Assembly: GCA_965223845.1 (NCBI GenBank)
Contig: CBDCXR010000004.1
Coordinates: forward strand, 6,496,001 to 6,560,000
Length of the DNA: 64,000 bases
DNA from: Planctomycetota bacterium
GTDB taxonomy: Bacteria; Planctomycetota; UBA8108; SXIK01
Direction of reading: 5' to 3'
Each line of letters starts with the position of its first letter. Position 1 is the stretch's first letter. The position numbers and the translations under genes are program-made. Positions 1-9,539 of this stretch are shown here, one piece after another. The notes under the pieces are model-generated. The model had not been told where the DNA came from, made no database searches, and saw only the letters and a list, made by a program, of their open reading frames with translations.

Positions 1-2972
1 TCCGGATTCCCAATCAGCATCCAGACGTTCGCGAGATTGCCGCAGTCCGCGCCCGCGCCGCGTTCGTCCCCGAGCTGGCGACGGAGGTCGAGCGCCCGCG
101 ATATCGAGCGGAGCGCGAGCTCGTAGCGGCCCATATCGCAGTAGACGAGGCCGAGGTTGAGCGCGTTGATCGCCTCGCCGCGCCGGAGGCCGATCGCACG
201 GAAGATCCGGAGCGACGCCTCGAAGCGTTCCTCCGCAGCTTCGAGATCGCCGCGTTCGAGGTGGATGAGCCCGAGGTTCGATTCGAGCGATGCGACGTGG
301 TGGCGCTGGCCGAGATCGCGTCGGATCGCCGCCGCCCGGTGCATTTCCCGAAGCGCTCCCGGCGGATCGCCGCGAAGATAGTTGCCGAGTCCCAGGAGTT
401 GACGACACTCGGCCTCCTGCGCGCGGTCGGCGGCCGCTGCCGCTAGGGCGAGTGCCGCATCGAGACGACGGAAGCCGTCGTCGAACTCCGAGCGGTAGAA
501 AGAAATCAGCGCCGCGCGCGCGAGCACCGGCGCGCGGCTCGGTGCGTCTGGTGGGAGGGCGCGATCGGCCGCGTCGAGTCGCGCGAGCGCCGCGCCGCGA
601 TCTCCCTGCGCTTCGAGAAGAGCCGCTTCCGCGAGCGCCGCGCGTCGGGTGAGCTCGGGATCGGCGAGTGCGCCCGCAAGACGCGTGAGTTCCGCGGCGG
701 CGCGGGCCTCTTCTTCGCGGCGGCCGAGGTGTTTTTCGACCTCGACGAAAGCGGCGAGGATCTCGGCACGCTCGCGCTCGCCGCTGCTCAGCTCGAGCGC
801 GCGCAACCACGCGGTCTCCGCTTCGCGCAGAGCTCCGGCGGCTTGCGCCCGCCGGGCTGCTTCGACTAGGTGCGAGCGCGCTTTTTCGGGGCTCTGCGAG
901 CGGTAGAGATGTTCCGCGAGTGCTCTCTCGCGCGACTCGTAGTGTTCGAGGTTCGCGATCCACCGGGCGAGCGTCGTGTGAGCTTCCCGCCGGATCGATT
1001 CGGAGAGCCGTGCGTAGGCGACTGCGCGCGTCACCGAGTGCGCAAAGCGGTAACGAGTCCCCTGCAGTTTCAGCAGGCCGTCTCGCGCGAGACCCGAGAG
1101 GGTCGCGACGCAATCTCGCGATGCCCCGAGATCGAGAAGCTCGTTCGCTTCGAGCGGAGAGTCGGCGACGGCGATCCACCGGAGGGCTTCGTCTTCGTGC
1201 GTGGACCGATCGCGCAGGCGGCGCGTGACGGCTTCCTCGATCGAGCGTGGGATCGACGCGGCGGGGCCGAAGTCGATGTCCCACCCCACGTCCGTTCTGC
1301 GGATGGAACCCGCGCGAGCGCGCTCGGCGATGAACTCTTCGACGAAGAAGAGGTTCCCGCCGGTCGCGGCGTGAAGCTCGCGTGCGATTTCGGCGAGACC
1401 GTCCGTCCCGGCGAAAGCCTTCTCGAGGTATGCCTCGATCGCTGAGGAGTCGATCCCTCCGAGTGCGAGAGTCTCGAGAGGAACGGGGGACGAGGCACTC
1501 GATCCGATGCGGTCGCAGATCTCTCGTTCGGAAGCGGATTCGTCGCGGCACGCCATGAGGAGAGATAGATCGAGCGGCGGCGCGGTCTCTGCGCCGATCC
1601 ACCGGAGAAACATCTCGAGGACGTCCACACTGAGCGAGTCGGCGTGCTCGAGCGCATCGATCGCGATCGACGGAGTCTTCTCTCCGCCCGGCGTGCCGTC
1701 GGTCGACGCGTCGCCCAGGAGCCGCGTGAGGTCCGCGATCCACGCGGCGAGAACGGCATCGACGACTGCTTCGCGCTCGGGCGGATGGGCGACCGCGTCG
1801 CCGCGTTCGAGCTCGTCGAGGACGCGAGGAGTACGAAGCTCGATCGGAGGAAGGCCGGAGCTCCGCTCGAGTCGCAACCGATGGACGAGATCACGGAGAA
1901 GCCCTCCGGGTCGAGCGTCTCGCTCCGTCCAGTGGAGCCAAAACCGCGCGCCGGCGGTCTTCCGGCGAGCGTCGAGTTCGCTGAGGAGGCGACTCTTCCC
2001 GATCCCGGTCGCTCCGTGAACGAGGGTCACGCACGGCGCGCCATCTCCCGCCGCGTCGATCCGAGATTCGAGTCGCTGCACGATCGAATCCCGACCCACG
2101 AGCCGAGCGCCGAGGGCGGGGAGCTCCGGCTCGCCCGCGTCGAGGCGCGGGAACGCAGCCCGGAGGCCGTCGAGGACGGCGCGCGCCGTGCGCGGTCGGT
2201 CGCGCGGATCGACCGCGAGAAGCGGTGGCACGATGCGGTTCCACGGGTCGGCGAAGCGGTCTCCGTCCGGCGGTGGTTCCGACAGTCGAGCGCCCGCGAT
2301 TCCGCCCGGACGGTCGACGTGCGGCGGCTTTCCGGTGAGGGTTTCGCAGAGAACGCAGCCGAGACCGTAGAGGTCGGTCGCGGGAGTCGGGGGTTCGCCG
2401 CGCAAAGTCTCCGGGGCGATGTACTCGAGCGTGCCGGAGATGTCTTCGTCGGCCGCGCTCGAGGAGCGAGCGAGGCCGAAATCGATCAGCTTCGTCGTGA
2501 CCTCGCCCGCGTCGGTAGCGACGAGAATGTGAGACGGCTTCAGGTCGAGATGGAGCACGCCGCGTGAATGAAGATAGTCGAGAGTCGCGAGGACCTGTGC
2601 GGCGAGCTTCTCGAGCGGAGCGCCGCGCGCGACCGCCGTCGTCAGATCGACTCCCCGCGCGAGCTCCATGGTGAAGAACGAGCGGCCACCCGGAAGACGG
2701 CGAAAGTCGAAGGGCCGGACGAGTCCCGGATGATGGTCGTGCGCAGCGAGAAGCAGGAACTCAGGGGACGACGAGGAGTCGTCGACGATCTTCAGCGCGA
2801 CGTCTGCGCCGCGAACCGCGTCTCGGGCGCGGTAGACCGTCCCGGAGCCCCCCGACCCGAGCTCCGCGCGGATCTCGTAGCGAGCGGGCAGATCTGCGGC
2901 TGGGTCCGGAGGGGTGGCGGGACTCTCCTTCGGCGCGGGGGACTCGGGCTGGCGACGTCGCATGACGTCCAT
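1..2972 (-). CDS. Ser/Thr protein kinase fused to STAND/AAA_16-type ATPase and TPR repeats (3' end runs off the window)
   Basis: Not in the ORF track. Manual translation from the ATG at 2972 gives YEIRAELGSGGSGTVY, VALK, HLDLKPSHIL and LIDFGLA (kinase). The same frame carries Walker A GATGIGKS (~2015-1992), Walker B-like IAIDALEHAD (~1667), TGGNLFFVEE (~1364) and TPR-like NALNLGLVYCDMGRY (~167). Confidence 0.88.
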   Translation of the reverse strand, partial: MDVMRRRQPESPAPKESPATPPDPAADLPARYEIRAELGSGGSGTVYRARDAVRGADVALKIVDDSSSSPEFLLLAAHDHHPGLVRPFDFRRLPGGRSFFTMELARGVDLTTAVARGAPLEKLAAQVLATLDYLHSRGVLHLDLKPSHILVATDAGEVTTKLIDFGLARSSSAADEDISGTLEYIAPETLRGEPPTPATDLYGLGCVLCETLTGKPPHVDRPGGIAGARLSEPPPDGDRFADPWNRIVPPLLAVDPRDRPRTARAVLDGLRAAFPRLDAGEPELPALGARLVGRDSIVQRLESRIDAAGDGAPCVTLVHGATGIGKSRLLSELDARRKTAGARFWLHWTERDARPGGLLRDLVHRLRLERSSGLPPIELRTPRVLDELERGDAVAHPPEREAVVDAVLAAWIADLTRLLGDASTDGTPGGEKTPSIAIDALEHADSLSVDVLEMFLRWIGAETAPPLDLSLLMACRDESASEREICDRIGSSASSPVPLETLALGGIDSSAIEAYLEKAFAGTDGLAEIARELHAATGGNLFFVEEFIAERARAGSIRRTDVGWDIDFGPAASIPRSIEEAVTRRLRDRSTHEDEALRWIAVADSPLEANELLDLGASRDCVATLSGLARDGLLKLQGTRYRFAHSVTRAVAYARLSESIRREAHTTLARWIANLEHYESRERALAEHLYRSQSPEKARSHLVEAARRAQAAGALREAETAWLRALELSSGERERAEILAAFVEVEKHLGRREEEARAAAELTRLAGALADPELTRRAALAEAALLEAQGDRGAALARLDAADRALPPDAPSRAPVLARAALISFYRSEFDDGFRRLDAALALAAAAADRAQEAECRQLLGLGNYLRGDPPGALREMHRAAAIRRDLGQRHHVASLESNLGLIHLERGDLEAAEERFEASLRIFRAIGLRRGEAINALNLGLVYCDMGRYELALRSISRALDLRRQLGDERGAGADCGNLANVWMLIGNP

Positions 2973-3050
2973 CGTAGCACGTCACAAAGTCGTTGTGATC
3001 GGCGGGGCCAGCTTCCTAAGTCAATTCTCCGTTGACGATTACGATTCCGA

Positions 3051-3920
3051 CTACAGACGCCGGGCGCTGAATGTATCCCCGAGCGAGAGGTCGCCCGACT
3101 CGAACCCCCGGCGGAACCAACGGACGCGCTGCTCCGATGTCCCGTGGGTGAAGGTCTCGGGCGTGACGTAGCCGCGCGCCTGCTTTTGAAGTCGGTCGTC
3201 CCCGATCGCACTCGCGGCACGGAGCGCTTCCTCGAGGTCGCCGGGCTCGAGAATGTTCTTCGTCCGCTGAGCGTGGTGCGCCCACACCCCGGCGTAGAAG
3301 TCCGCTTGGAGCTCGAGGCGCACAGAGAGCTGGTTGTACTCCGCTTCGCTGATCCGCCCCTTCGCGCGATGGACTTCCGTCGACTTCCCGAGGAGGTTCT
3401 GAATGTGGTGACCGACTTCGTGCGCGATGACGTAGGCCTGCGCGAAGTCGCCCGGTGCGCCGTGCCGCTTCTTCAGATCGTTGTAGAAGCCGAGGTCGAT
3501 ATAGACCTTGCTGTCCGCACCGCAATAGAAGGGACCCATCGCCGCTTCGGCGAATCCGCACGCGGACTGGACTGCGTCCCGGAAGAGAACGAGCGTCGGC
3601 TCGCGGTACGGCTGACCGATCGACGGGAGGAGCCGGTTCCAAACGTCCTCGGTGTCGGCGAGGACGACCTTGACGAACTCGACCAGTCGCTCTTCTTCCG
3701 GCGAAGCTTCGAACGCGACCTCGCCACCGCCCGCGTTTCCGCCCGGCGCCCCGCCGCCGAGTTGCCCGAGGAACTGCGACGGGTCCTTCCCGAGCCACAC
3801 CGCGATGAGCGCGACGACGATCGCGCCGATGCCTCCGATTCCGGCCTTTACCTTACCGGGGACTCGTGCCCCGCGACGATCTTCGACGTTTTGACTCCGA
3901 CGGCGGCGTTCCCAGCGCAT
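3051..3920 (-). CDS. Neutral zinc metallopeptidase (YpfJ/Zn_peptidase family)
   Basis: MRW..R.SQNVEDRRG start, N-terminal TM helix, SACG, GPFYC, AYVIAHEVGHHIQ (HExxH), ELQAD, FTHGTS. Confidence 0.93.
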   Translation of the reverse strand: MRWERRRRSQNVEDRRGARVPGKVKAGIGGIGAIVVALIAVWLGKDPSQFLGQLGGGAPGGNAGGGEVAFEASPEEERLVEFVKVVLADTEDVWNRLLPSIGQPYREPTLVLFRDAVQSACGFAEAAMGPFYCGADSKVYIDLGFYNDLKKRHGAPGDFAQAYVIAHEVGHHIQNLLGKSTEVHRAKGRISEAEYNQLSVRLELQADFYAGVWAHHAQRTKNILEPGDLEEALRAASAIGDDRLQKQARGYVTPETFTHGTSEQRVRWFRRGFESGDLSLGDTFSARRL

Positions 3921-4038
3921 GATTTCGTTCCTCGAGAAGTGACGCCCCGTTCGCCTCGCGACGACGAACTCGTCGCGTAAAATGGCCCTCGAACGTAGAC
4001 GAACCGCGAGCGACGATCCAGCGAAACCCGAGGCTTCG

Positions 4039-4698
4039 ATGTCGACCCCCTCCTCCCGTGACAACGAACCGCGCGATCCTTCCGGCGCTGCGCCTGGCGA
4101 TGCGACCGGCCTCGAGTGGATCGCGACTCGCCGGGTGACTCGAGTTTGGCATCACGTCATCGTCGTGCTCCTCATCGCGTTCTGGATCGTTCCGATCTCG
4201 ACACTCGGGGTCTTCGGTGGGGATTCATCGCGGAATCCCTATCTCAACCGAGTGCGTCACCTCTCGTGGTTGTTCACGGAGCGGACGGATCGCTGGTGGT
4301 CGTTCCACCTCGAGGCGAAGGCGGACGGCGAGTGGTTCGCGCTTCCGTACGAAGAGTTCGCTCCGATGAAAACGTTCGGACACATCTCGCGGCTCGATCT
4401 CCGCATCGAAACCATCGCGCAAATCCTGCTCGACCCGGCGCTGAGGGAGGTCCGCTCACTTGCCGAAGCGCAGCGAGACGAGATGGCCGAGTGGGCGCGC
4501 GACCGCTACGTGAAGCTCCACCCCGATCGACCGCCACCCACCGCGGTGCGGCTCGTCGGCACGTACTGGGACGTCAGCCATCCCGCTCTCCTCGAACCGG
4601 CGGGACCGTGGGTGCAGGTCGACTTCGATGAGGTTCCGCAGGAACGCAAATCGGTCTTCGGAGGAAAACGTTTCGGTCCGTCCGGAGCGGCGCGGTGA
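4039..4698 (+). CDS. Membrane-anchored hypothetical protein, probable partner of the HTTM protein (SdpA-like position)
   Basis: Coherent ORF with one TM helix (VWHHVIVVLLIAFWIVPISTLGVF) followed by SWLF; stop is 4 nt before the HTTM gene. Confidence 0.65.
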   Translation: MSTPSSRDNEPRDPSGAAPGDATGLEWIATRRVTRVWHHVIVVLLIAFWIVPISTLGVFGGDSSRNPYLNRVRHLSWLFTERTDRWWSFHLEAKADGEWFALPYEEFAPMKTFGHISRLDLRIETIAQILLDPALREVRSLAEAQRDEMAEWARDRYVKLHPDRPPPTAVRLVGTYWDVSHPALLEPAGPWVQVDFDEVPQERKSVFGGKRFGPSGAAR

Positions 4699-4702
4699 AA
4701 CG

Positions 4703-5677
4703 ATGATCGCACGAACTCTCCTTCGATCAGTTCGCGCCGGCTACATCTTTCTCTTCGGTCCCGTCGACCCGAGTCGACTCGCACTCTTCGCGCGTTTCTT
4801 CGCGCTCACGCTCCTCGTCTACGTCGCAGATCGCGCGCGCCATGCCTCCGAGTGGCTCACCGATGTGGGCTATCACACGCCCGCGGCGATCGAATTTCCA
4901 AATTATCCGCCGGGCTTGCCGCTCCTCCCGTCCTGGCTCGTCCCGTGGTTTCTCACGGTCTTTTTTGCCGCTGCCGGGGCGGTCGTTCTCGGTTTTCGTG
5001 CGCGCTGGCTTTTCGCACTCGTTTTCGCGTGCGTCTTTTACGTGACGTTCGCCGACACCGTGTCTGCGTTCACGCTCAACAATGTTTACCTCTTCGGCTT
5101 CGCGCTGCTCGCGCTCGCGCCGCGCCCGGTGAGGATCGATTTTCGCGGCGAGCTCCGAGAGTGGCAATCGGCGTGGACGCTCCGCATCCTGCAGGCGACG
5201 ATGCTCATCATGCTCTTCACCGCGGGTCTCGCCAAAGCCGTTCACGGCGACTGGATCCTTGTCGGGGGGCTCATCCAGAACGGCGAGTGGCAATTCGCGG
5301 GTTGGTTCGAGGGGACGGCGGACATCCTCCGCACGCAGGCGAGCGGCGTCTACCGAACGACGCTCGCGGCGTGGATGTTGCGCGAGCTCCCGCTCGGGGC
5401 ATGGGCCGCGATGCAGCACTCCGCGCTCCTCTTCGAGCTCCTCGCGCCGGTCCTCTTCCTCGTCCGTCGCCTGCGCCCGATCGGGTTCGCGTGGGCGATC
5501 GGCTTTCAGCTCATGATCGCGATCACGATGTACAAGGTCGGCTACTTCAACGTGCAGATGATCGTGTGGCTGATCGTATTCCTACCTGCGCGACTGACGC
5601 GGCGCGTGGAAGAAGCGCTGCCGCTCGGGCGACGGAGTTCAGCGCCGACTCACTCCTCGTCTCCGTCCTTCAGATAG
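4703..5677 (+). CDS. HTTM-domain membrane protein (vitamin K-dependent carboxylase/SdpB-like)
   Basis: Multiple TM helices; LALFARFF, LNNVYL, FTAGLAK..GDW, FELLAPVLFL, FQLMIAITM..YF motifs. Confidence 0.78.
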   Translation: MIARTLLRSVRAGYIFLFGPVDPSRLALFARFFALTLLVYVADRARHASEWLTDVGYHTPAAIEFPNYPPGLPLLPSWLVPWFLTVFFAAAGAVVLGFRARWLFALVFACVFYVTFADTVSAFTLNNVYLFGFALLALAPRPVRIDFRGELREWQSAWTLRILQATMLIMLFTAGLAKAVHGDWILVGGLIQNGEWQFAGWFEGTADILRTQASGVYRTTLAAWMLRELPLGAWAAMQHSALLFELLAPVLFLVRRLRPIGFAWAIGFQLMIAITMYKVGYFNVQMIVWLIVFLPARLTRRVEEALPLGRRSSAPTHSSSPSFR

Positions 5678-6354
5678 GAGAGGAAGAGATAGTCTGTCGC
5701 CTGCGCCTTCGCGTGGCAGTTCTTGCAGTTCTCGATGCGACCCCGCTCGGCCCCGGTTTCCTCTCCGGCGTAGACGTACTCCCAATCGCCGCCGCCCGGA
5801 TCGTATCCGGCTTCGCGCTTGACCATGGCGCCGAGACCTCGCAGCGTGAAATAGGGCTCAGGTTCATTCTCAGGATCTTTTTCCCGACCGAGATCGCTGA
5901 CGCTGAAAGGGGCGCTCAGCTTCTCCTTCACGATGATCGCTCCCACCGGGAGCGAAGCCTCGTTCTTCGCTAGGGCGGAGGCCGCGAGGTCGTTCGCGAA
6001 GTGTCGGATGGCCGGCTCGACGTGCGGTCCGCGCCGCTCCATCTCTTCCATGGCTCCGAACGGCAGGGCGCAGAGAAAATAGAACGACGGATCGACCGGG
6101 TAGGGATTGTCGCTCAGGCGCTTCCAGTTCTCGTAGCCCTCGAGTTCCGGTAGGCCCGTGAGGAGAGCCGTACGAAGCGACTCGTCGACGCCCCGCAAAT
6201 CCGTCGCATCGGCGGGTGTCCGAGGCCGGGAGATCCCCACATTCGCCGCGTCCTGCGTGCCGGGAGACTCGAGTGGAGCCGGGGAAGGCTGGCAGGCGAC
6301 CGGCAGCAGTAGGAGACCCAAGACGATTCGATGGATTCGGCGTGGATCGTTCAT
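5650..6354 (-). CDS. Cytochrome P460 family lipoprotein
   Basis: Lipobox-like LLLLPVAC; LPVGAIIVKE; GAMVKR..GYD..GGDWEY; single C-terminal CKNCH heme motif; DYLF tail. Confidence 0.85.
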   Translation of the reverse strand: MNDPRRIHRIVLGLLLLPVACQPSPAPLESPGTQDAANVGISRPRTPADATDLRGVDESLRTALLTGLPELEGYENWKRLSDNPYPVDPSFYFLCALPFGAMEEMERRGPHVEPAIRHFANDLAASALAKNEASLPVGAIIVKEKLSAPFSVSDLGREKDPENEPEPYFTLRGLGAMVKREAGYDPGGGDWEYVYAGEETGAERGRIENCKNCHAKAQATDYLFLSYLKDGDEE

Positions 6355-6595
6355 GGTTCGTCTCGCGAAGTAAACCTCACCGGGGAATCGGTCCTTCCTA
6401 TCGGGTTCACGCTTCCCCACACGATACCGCGTCTCTTCGCCAGTTGAGTAACATGCGTGTCACAAGGTTCGCGAGGACAGAGATGATCTTCGCTTTCCGA
6501 TGTCGCTCCTCACTGCGCGCCGTCTCTCGGTTAAGATGCGCTCTCCCTTGAGCTCGCGTCGTCGACCGTCACCGAGATTCCCCGGGAGAGCCCCG

Positions 6596-8044
6596 ATGAA
6601 GCAACCTACGACTCGTTCTCGTCCCGACTCCGAACGCCCTTCGCCTTCGATTTCCCGCCGCAGCGTTCTCCGCGGCGCCGCGGCACTCGGTGCCGCCAGC
6701 TTCGTACCGCGCTCCGTCCTCGGCGGCGCCGGTGTTACGCCGCCGAGCGAGCGCCTCAACATCGCGGTGATCGGGACCGGCGGGCGCGGGAAGCGGCTCA
6801 CGAACGGCTTTCTGCGCCAAGCGGACGTTCGCGTCGTCGCGATCGCCGATCCAGTCGAGCGCGAGGACTACAGTCGTTTCTACTACCGCGGCAGCTCGGG
6901 TCGGCTGAACGTGAAGGAGATGATCGAGAAGCACTACGGCGAAGTTTCCGGCGGGACCGGCGGCGGACCCGCGCGCTGCGCAGACTACGAGGACTACCGC
7001 GAGCTTCTCGAAAAAGAGAAATCCATCGACGCGATCGTCATCGCGACGCCCGATCACGTGCACGCCTTCGCCTCTCTCGCGGCGATCGGACTCGGGAAGC
7101 ACGTCTACTGCGAGAAGCCGCTCACTCACACCGTCGAGGAAGCGCGCCGTGTTGTCGAGGCGGCGAGAAAGGCGAACGTCGCGACCCAGATGGGGAACCA
7201 GGGGAACTCCGGCGAGGGAATCCGTTCGACCTGCGAGTGGATCTGGGACGGCGCGATCGGCGAGGTGCGCGAGGTTCACGCGTGGAGCGACGCCGCGGGA
7301 TGGCCGCGCGGTCGCACGGCGCGACCCGAAGACACGCCTCCGGTCCCGAAGGGGATGAACTGGGATCTCTGGCTCGGCCCGATCAAGCACCGGCCGTACC
7401 ACCCCGCGTACGCTCCGTACGACTGGCGCGGGTGGTGGGCGTTCGGGACGGGCGCAGTCGGAGACATGGGCTGCCACAACATGGATCCGGCCTTCGCGGC
7501 GCTCAAGCTGAAGTACCCCGATTCGATCGAAGCGAGCTCGACTCCGATCAACGGTGAGACCGTGCCGCACGCGTCGATCATCCACTTCACGTTTCCCGCG
7601 CGCGGCGAGCTCCCGCCGGTGAAGCTCACGTGGTACGACGGCGGATTGAAGCCGAAGCGACCCGAAGAGTTCGCGCCGAGCGATCAGTTCGACGGGAACG
7701 GGATCCTCTTCGTCGGGAGCAAGGGAAAGCTCCTCTGCGACGGCTGGAGCCGCAATCCGCGGCTTCTTCCCGAGGCTCGCAACAAGGACTACGAGCGTCC
7801 GAAGAAAACGCTCCCGCGCGTCAGCGCTCACGACCGCGCGTGGCTCGATGCCTGTAAGGGCGGTCCCGCCGCGAGCTCGAACTTCGAGAACGCGGGTCCG
7901 CTCGCCGAGCTCGTCCTCCTCGGGAACGTCGCTCAGCGCGTTCGCCAAAAGATCTACTGGGACGGCGAACAGCTGCGCGCGAAGAACTGCCCGGAGGCGG
8001 AGCAATACATCCGTTGCGAGTATCGGGACGGGTGGGTGCTCTAG
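6596..8044 (+). CDS. Tat-exported Gfo/Idh/MocA family oxidoreductase
   Basis: SRRSVL Tat motif; IAVIGTGGRG; IATPDHVH; HVYCEKPL; WDLWLGP; GDMGCH. Confidence 0.93.
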   Translation: MKQPTTRSRPDSERPSPSISRRSVLRGAAALGAASFVPRSVLGGAGVTPPSERLNIAVIGTGGRGKRLTNGFLRQADVRVVAIADPVEREDYSRFYYRGSSGRLNVKEMIEKHYGEVSGGTGGGPARCADYEDYRELLEKEKSIDAIVIATPDHVHAFASLAAIGLGKHVYCEKPLTHTVEEARRVVEAARKANVATQMGNQGNSGEGIRSTCEWIWDGAIGEVREVHAWSDAAGWPRGRTARPEDTPPVPKGMNWDLWLGPIKHRPYHPAYAPYDWRGWWAFGTGAVGDMGCHNMDPAFAALKLKYPDSIEASSTPINGETVPHASIIHFTFPARGELPPVKLTWYDGGLKPKRPEEFAPSDQFDGNGILFVGSKGKLLCDGWSRNPRLLPEARNKDYERPKKTLPRVSAHDRAWLDACKGGPAASSNFENAGPLAELVLLGNVAQRVRQKIYWDGEQLRAKNCPEAEQYIRCEYRDGWVL

Positions 8045-8165
8045 TCGTTTCGTTCGAGAGATCGCGGCTGGGATTCTCGCCGGTCCCTCCGAGGAGATGC
8101 ACGAGAAGCTTGCGGCGGCTACACCCGAGTGGACGCAGGCCCCGCGGGCCGGTAGAACACCGAGC

Positions 8166-9539
8166 ATGAACCGATCGATGTTCGTCGTCCTCAGCTCGGT
8201 GATCCTCGGAGGGACCGCGATGCCGGTCGCATCGGCTTCCGCGCAGGAACTTGCGTTCGCCCGCTACCGGCTCCAGAACGGCCTCACGGTCATCCTCCAC
8301 GAGGATCACACGATCCCGAAGGTCGCGGTGAACATCTGGTACTACGTCGGAGCGAAGGACGAACCGGCGGGTCGATCCGGTTTCGCGCATCTCTTCGAAC
8401 ACCTCATGTTCATGGGCACCGATCGCGTGCCGTACCCTCGCTTCGACACGAGTATGGAGCGTTTCGGCGGTTCGAACAACGCGACGACGTCAGCGGATCG
8501 CACGAACTACTTCGAAAGCGGCCCGCCGGAGCTCCTCGAGACGTTTCTGTTCCTCGAGGCTGACCGCATGGCCTACCTCGGTGCGGGTATGACAGCCGAG
8601 AAACTCGAGACGCAGCGCGAAGTCGTTCGAAACGAGCGCCGCCAACAGTACGAAAACCGGCCTTACGGCGGCGTCGAACTCGAGCTCCCCGAGTATCTCT
8701 ATCCGTCCTGGCATCCCTATCGCGAACCGGTGATCGGCTCCCACGCCGATCTCGAAGCCGCGACGGTGGACGACGTCCGCGAGTTCTTCCGCGAGTTCTA
8801 CTTTCCGGCGAACGCCAGTCTCGTCATCGCCGGCGACTTCGATCCGGCCGAGGCGCGTCGACTCGTCGAGAAGCACTTCGGACCGCTCGAGAGGCGCCCA
8901 CCGATCGTACGACCGACCGTGCCGCCGCCGGCGCTCGATCGCGTGGTCCGGCGAAAGCTGAGCGACGACGTCGAGCTTCCGCTCGTCGTTTACGTGTGGC
9001 CTTCCCCTCGCTTCTACGCCGAAGGCGACGCGCATTTGGACGTCATCGCCGCCTGTCTCGGCGAGGGGAAGTCGAGCCGACTCTACCGCCGACTCGTCCA
9101 CGAAACCGAGCTCGCGCAATCGGTGGTCGCTTACCAGCTCTCGCGACAGCTCGTCTCTGAGTTTCGCGTCGAGGTGCTCGCGCGGCCCGGTGTGTCGCTG
9201 CACGCGCTCGAGTCGGAGCTCAATCTGGTGCTCGAAGATTTTCGCCGGACCGGACCGACGGACGCGGAGATCGCGCGCGCCCGCAACCGCCTCGATATCG
9301 CGTTCTGGCAGAGTGCGCAGAGTCTCACGGAGCGAGCCGATCTTCTCAATCGCTATCAGTTCTACTTGGGGAACCCCGGGGCGGTGCGCATCGACCGCGC
9401 GCGCTACGAACGGGTGACGGCAAAGGACACCCGGCGGTGGGCTGTGCGCGTGCTCCGTCCGAATGCGCGCGTTCACCTGCGGGTGGTCCCGCGTCAGTCG
9501 CCTGAGGACGACGGCTCGTCCGGTGAGGCCGCGCCGTGA
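8166..9539 (+). CDS. M16B zinc protease, catalytic subunit
   Basis: Signal peptide; LQNGL; GFAHLFEHLMF (HxxEH); NATTS.DRTNY; VVRNERR. Confidence 0.93.
   Translation: MNRSMFVVLSSVILGGTAMPVASASAQELAFARYRLQNGLTVILHEDHTIPKVAVNIWYYVGAKDEPAGRSGFAHLFEHLMFMGTDRVPYPRFDTSMERFGGSNNATTSADRTNYFESGPPELLETFLFLEADRMAYLGAGMTAEKLETQREVVRNERRQQYENRPYGGVELELPEYLYPSWHPYREPVIGSHADLEAATVDDVREFFREFYFPANASLVIAGDFDPAEARRLVEKHFGPLERRPPIVRPTVPPPALDRVVRRKLSDDVELPLVVYVWPSPRFYAEGDAHLDVIAACLGEGKSSRLYRRLVHETELAQSVVAYQLSRQLVSEFRVEVLARPGVSLHALESELNLVLEDFRRTGPTDAEIARARNRLDIAFWQSAQSLTERADLLNRYQFYLGNPGAVRIDRARYERVTAKDTRRWAVRVLRPNARVHLRVVPRQSPEDDGSSGEAAP

Noticed and set aside
6569-8167. Long antisense or alternate-frame ORFs (e.g. 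6569-8167, 20712-22379, 17822-19480, 47080-48741, 51700-53355)
   Set aside because: They shadow well-supported genes, are Arg/Ala/Pro-rich without motifs, and are expected from the codon bias.
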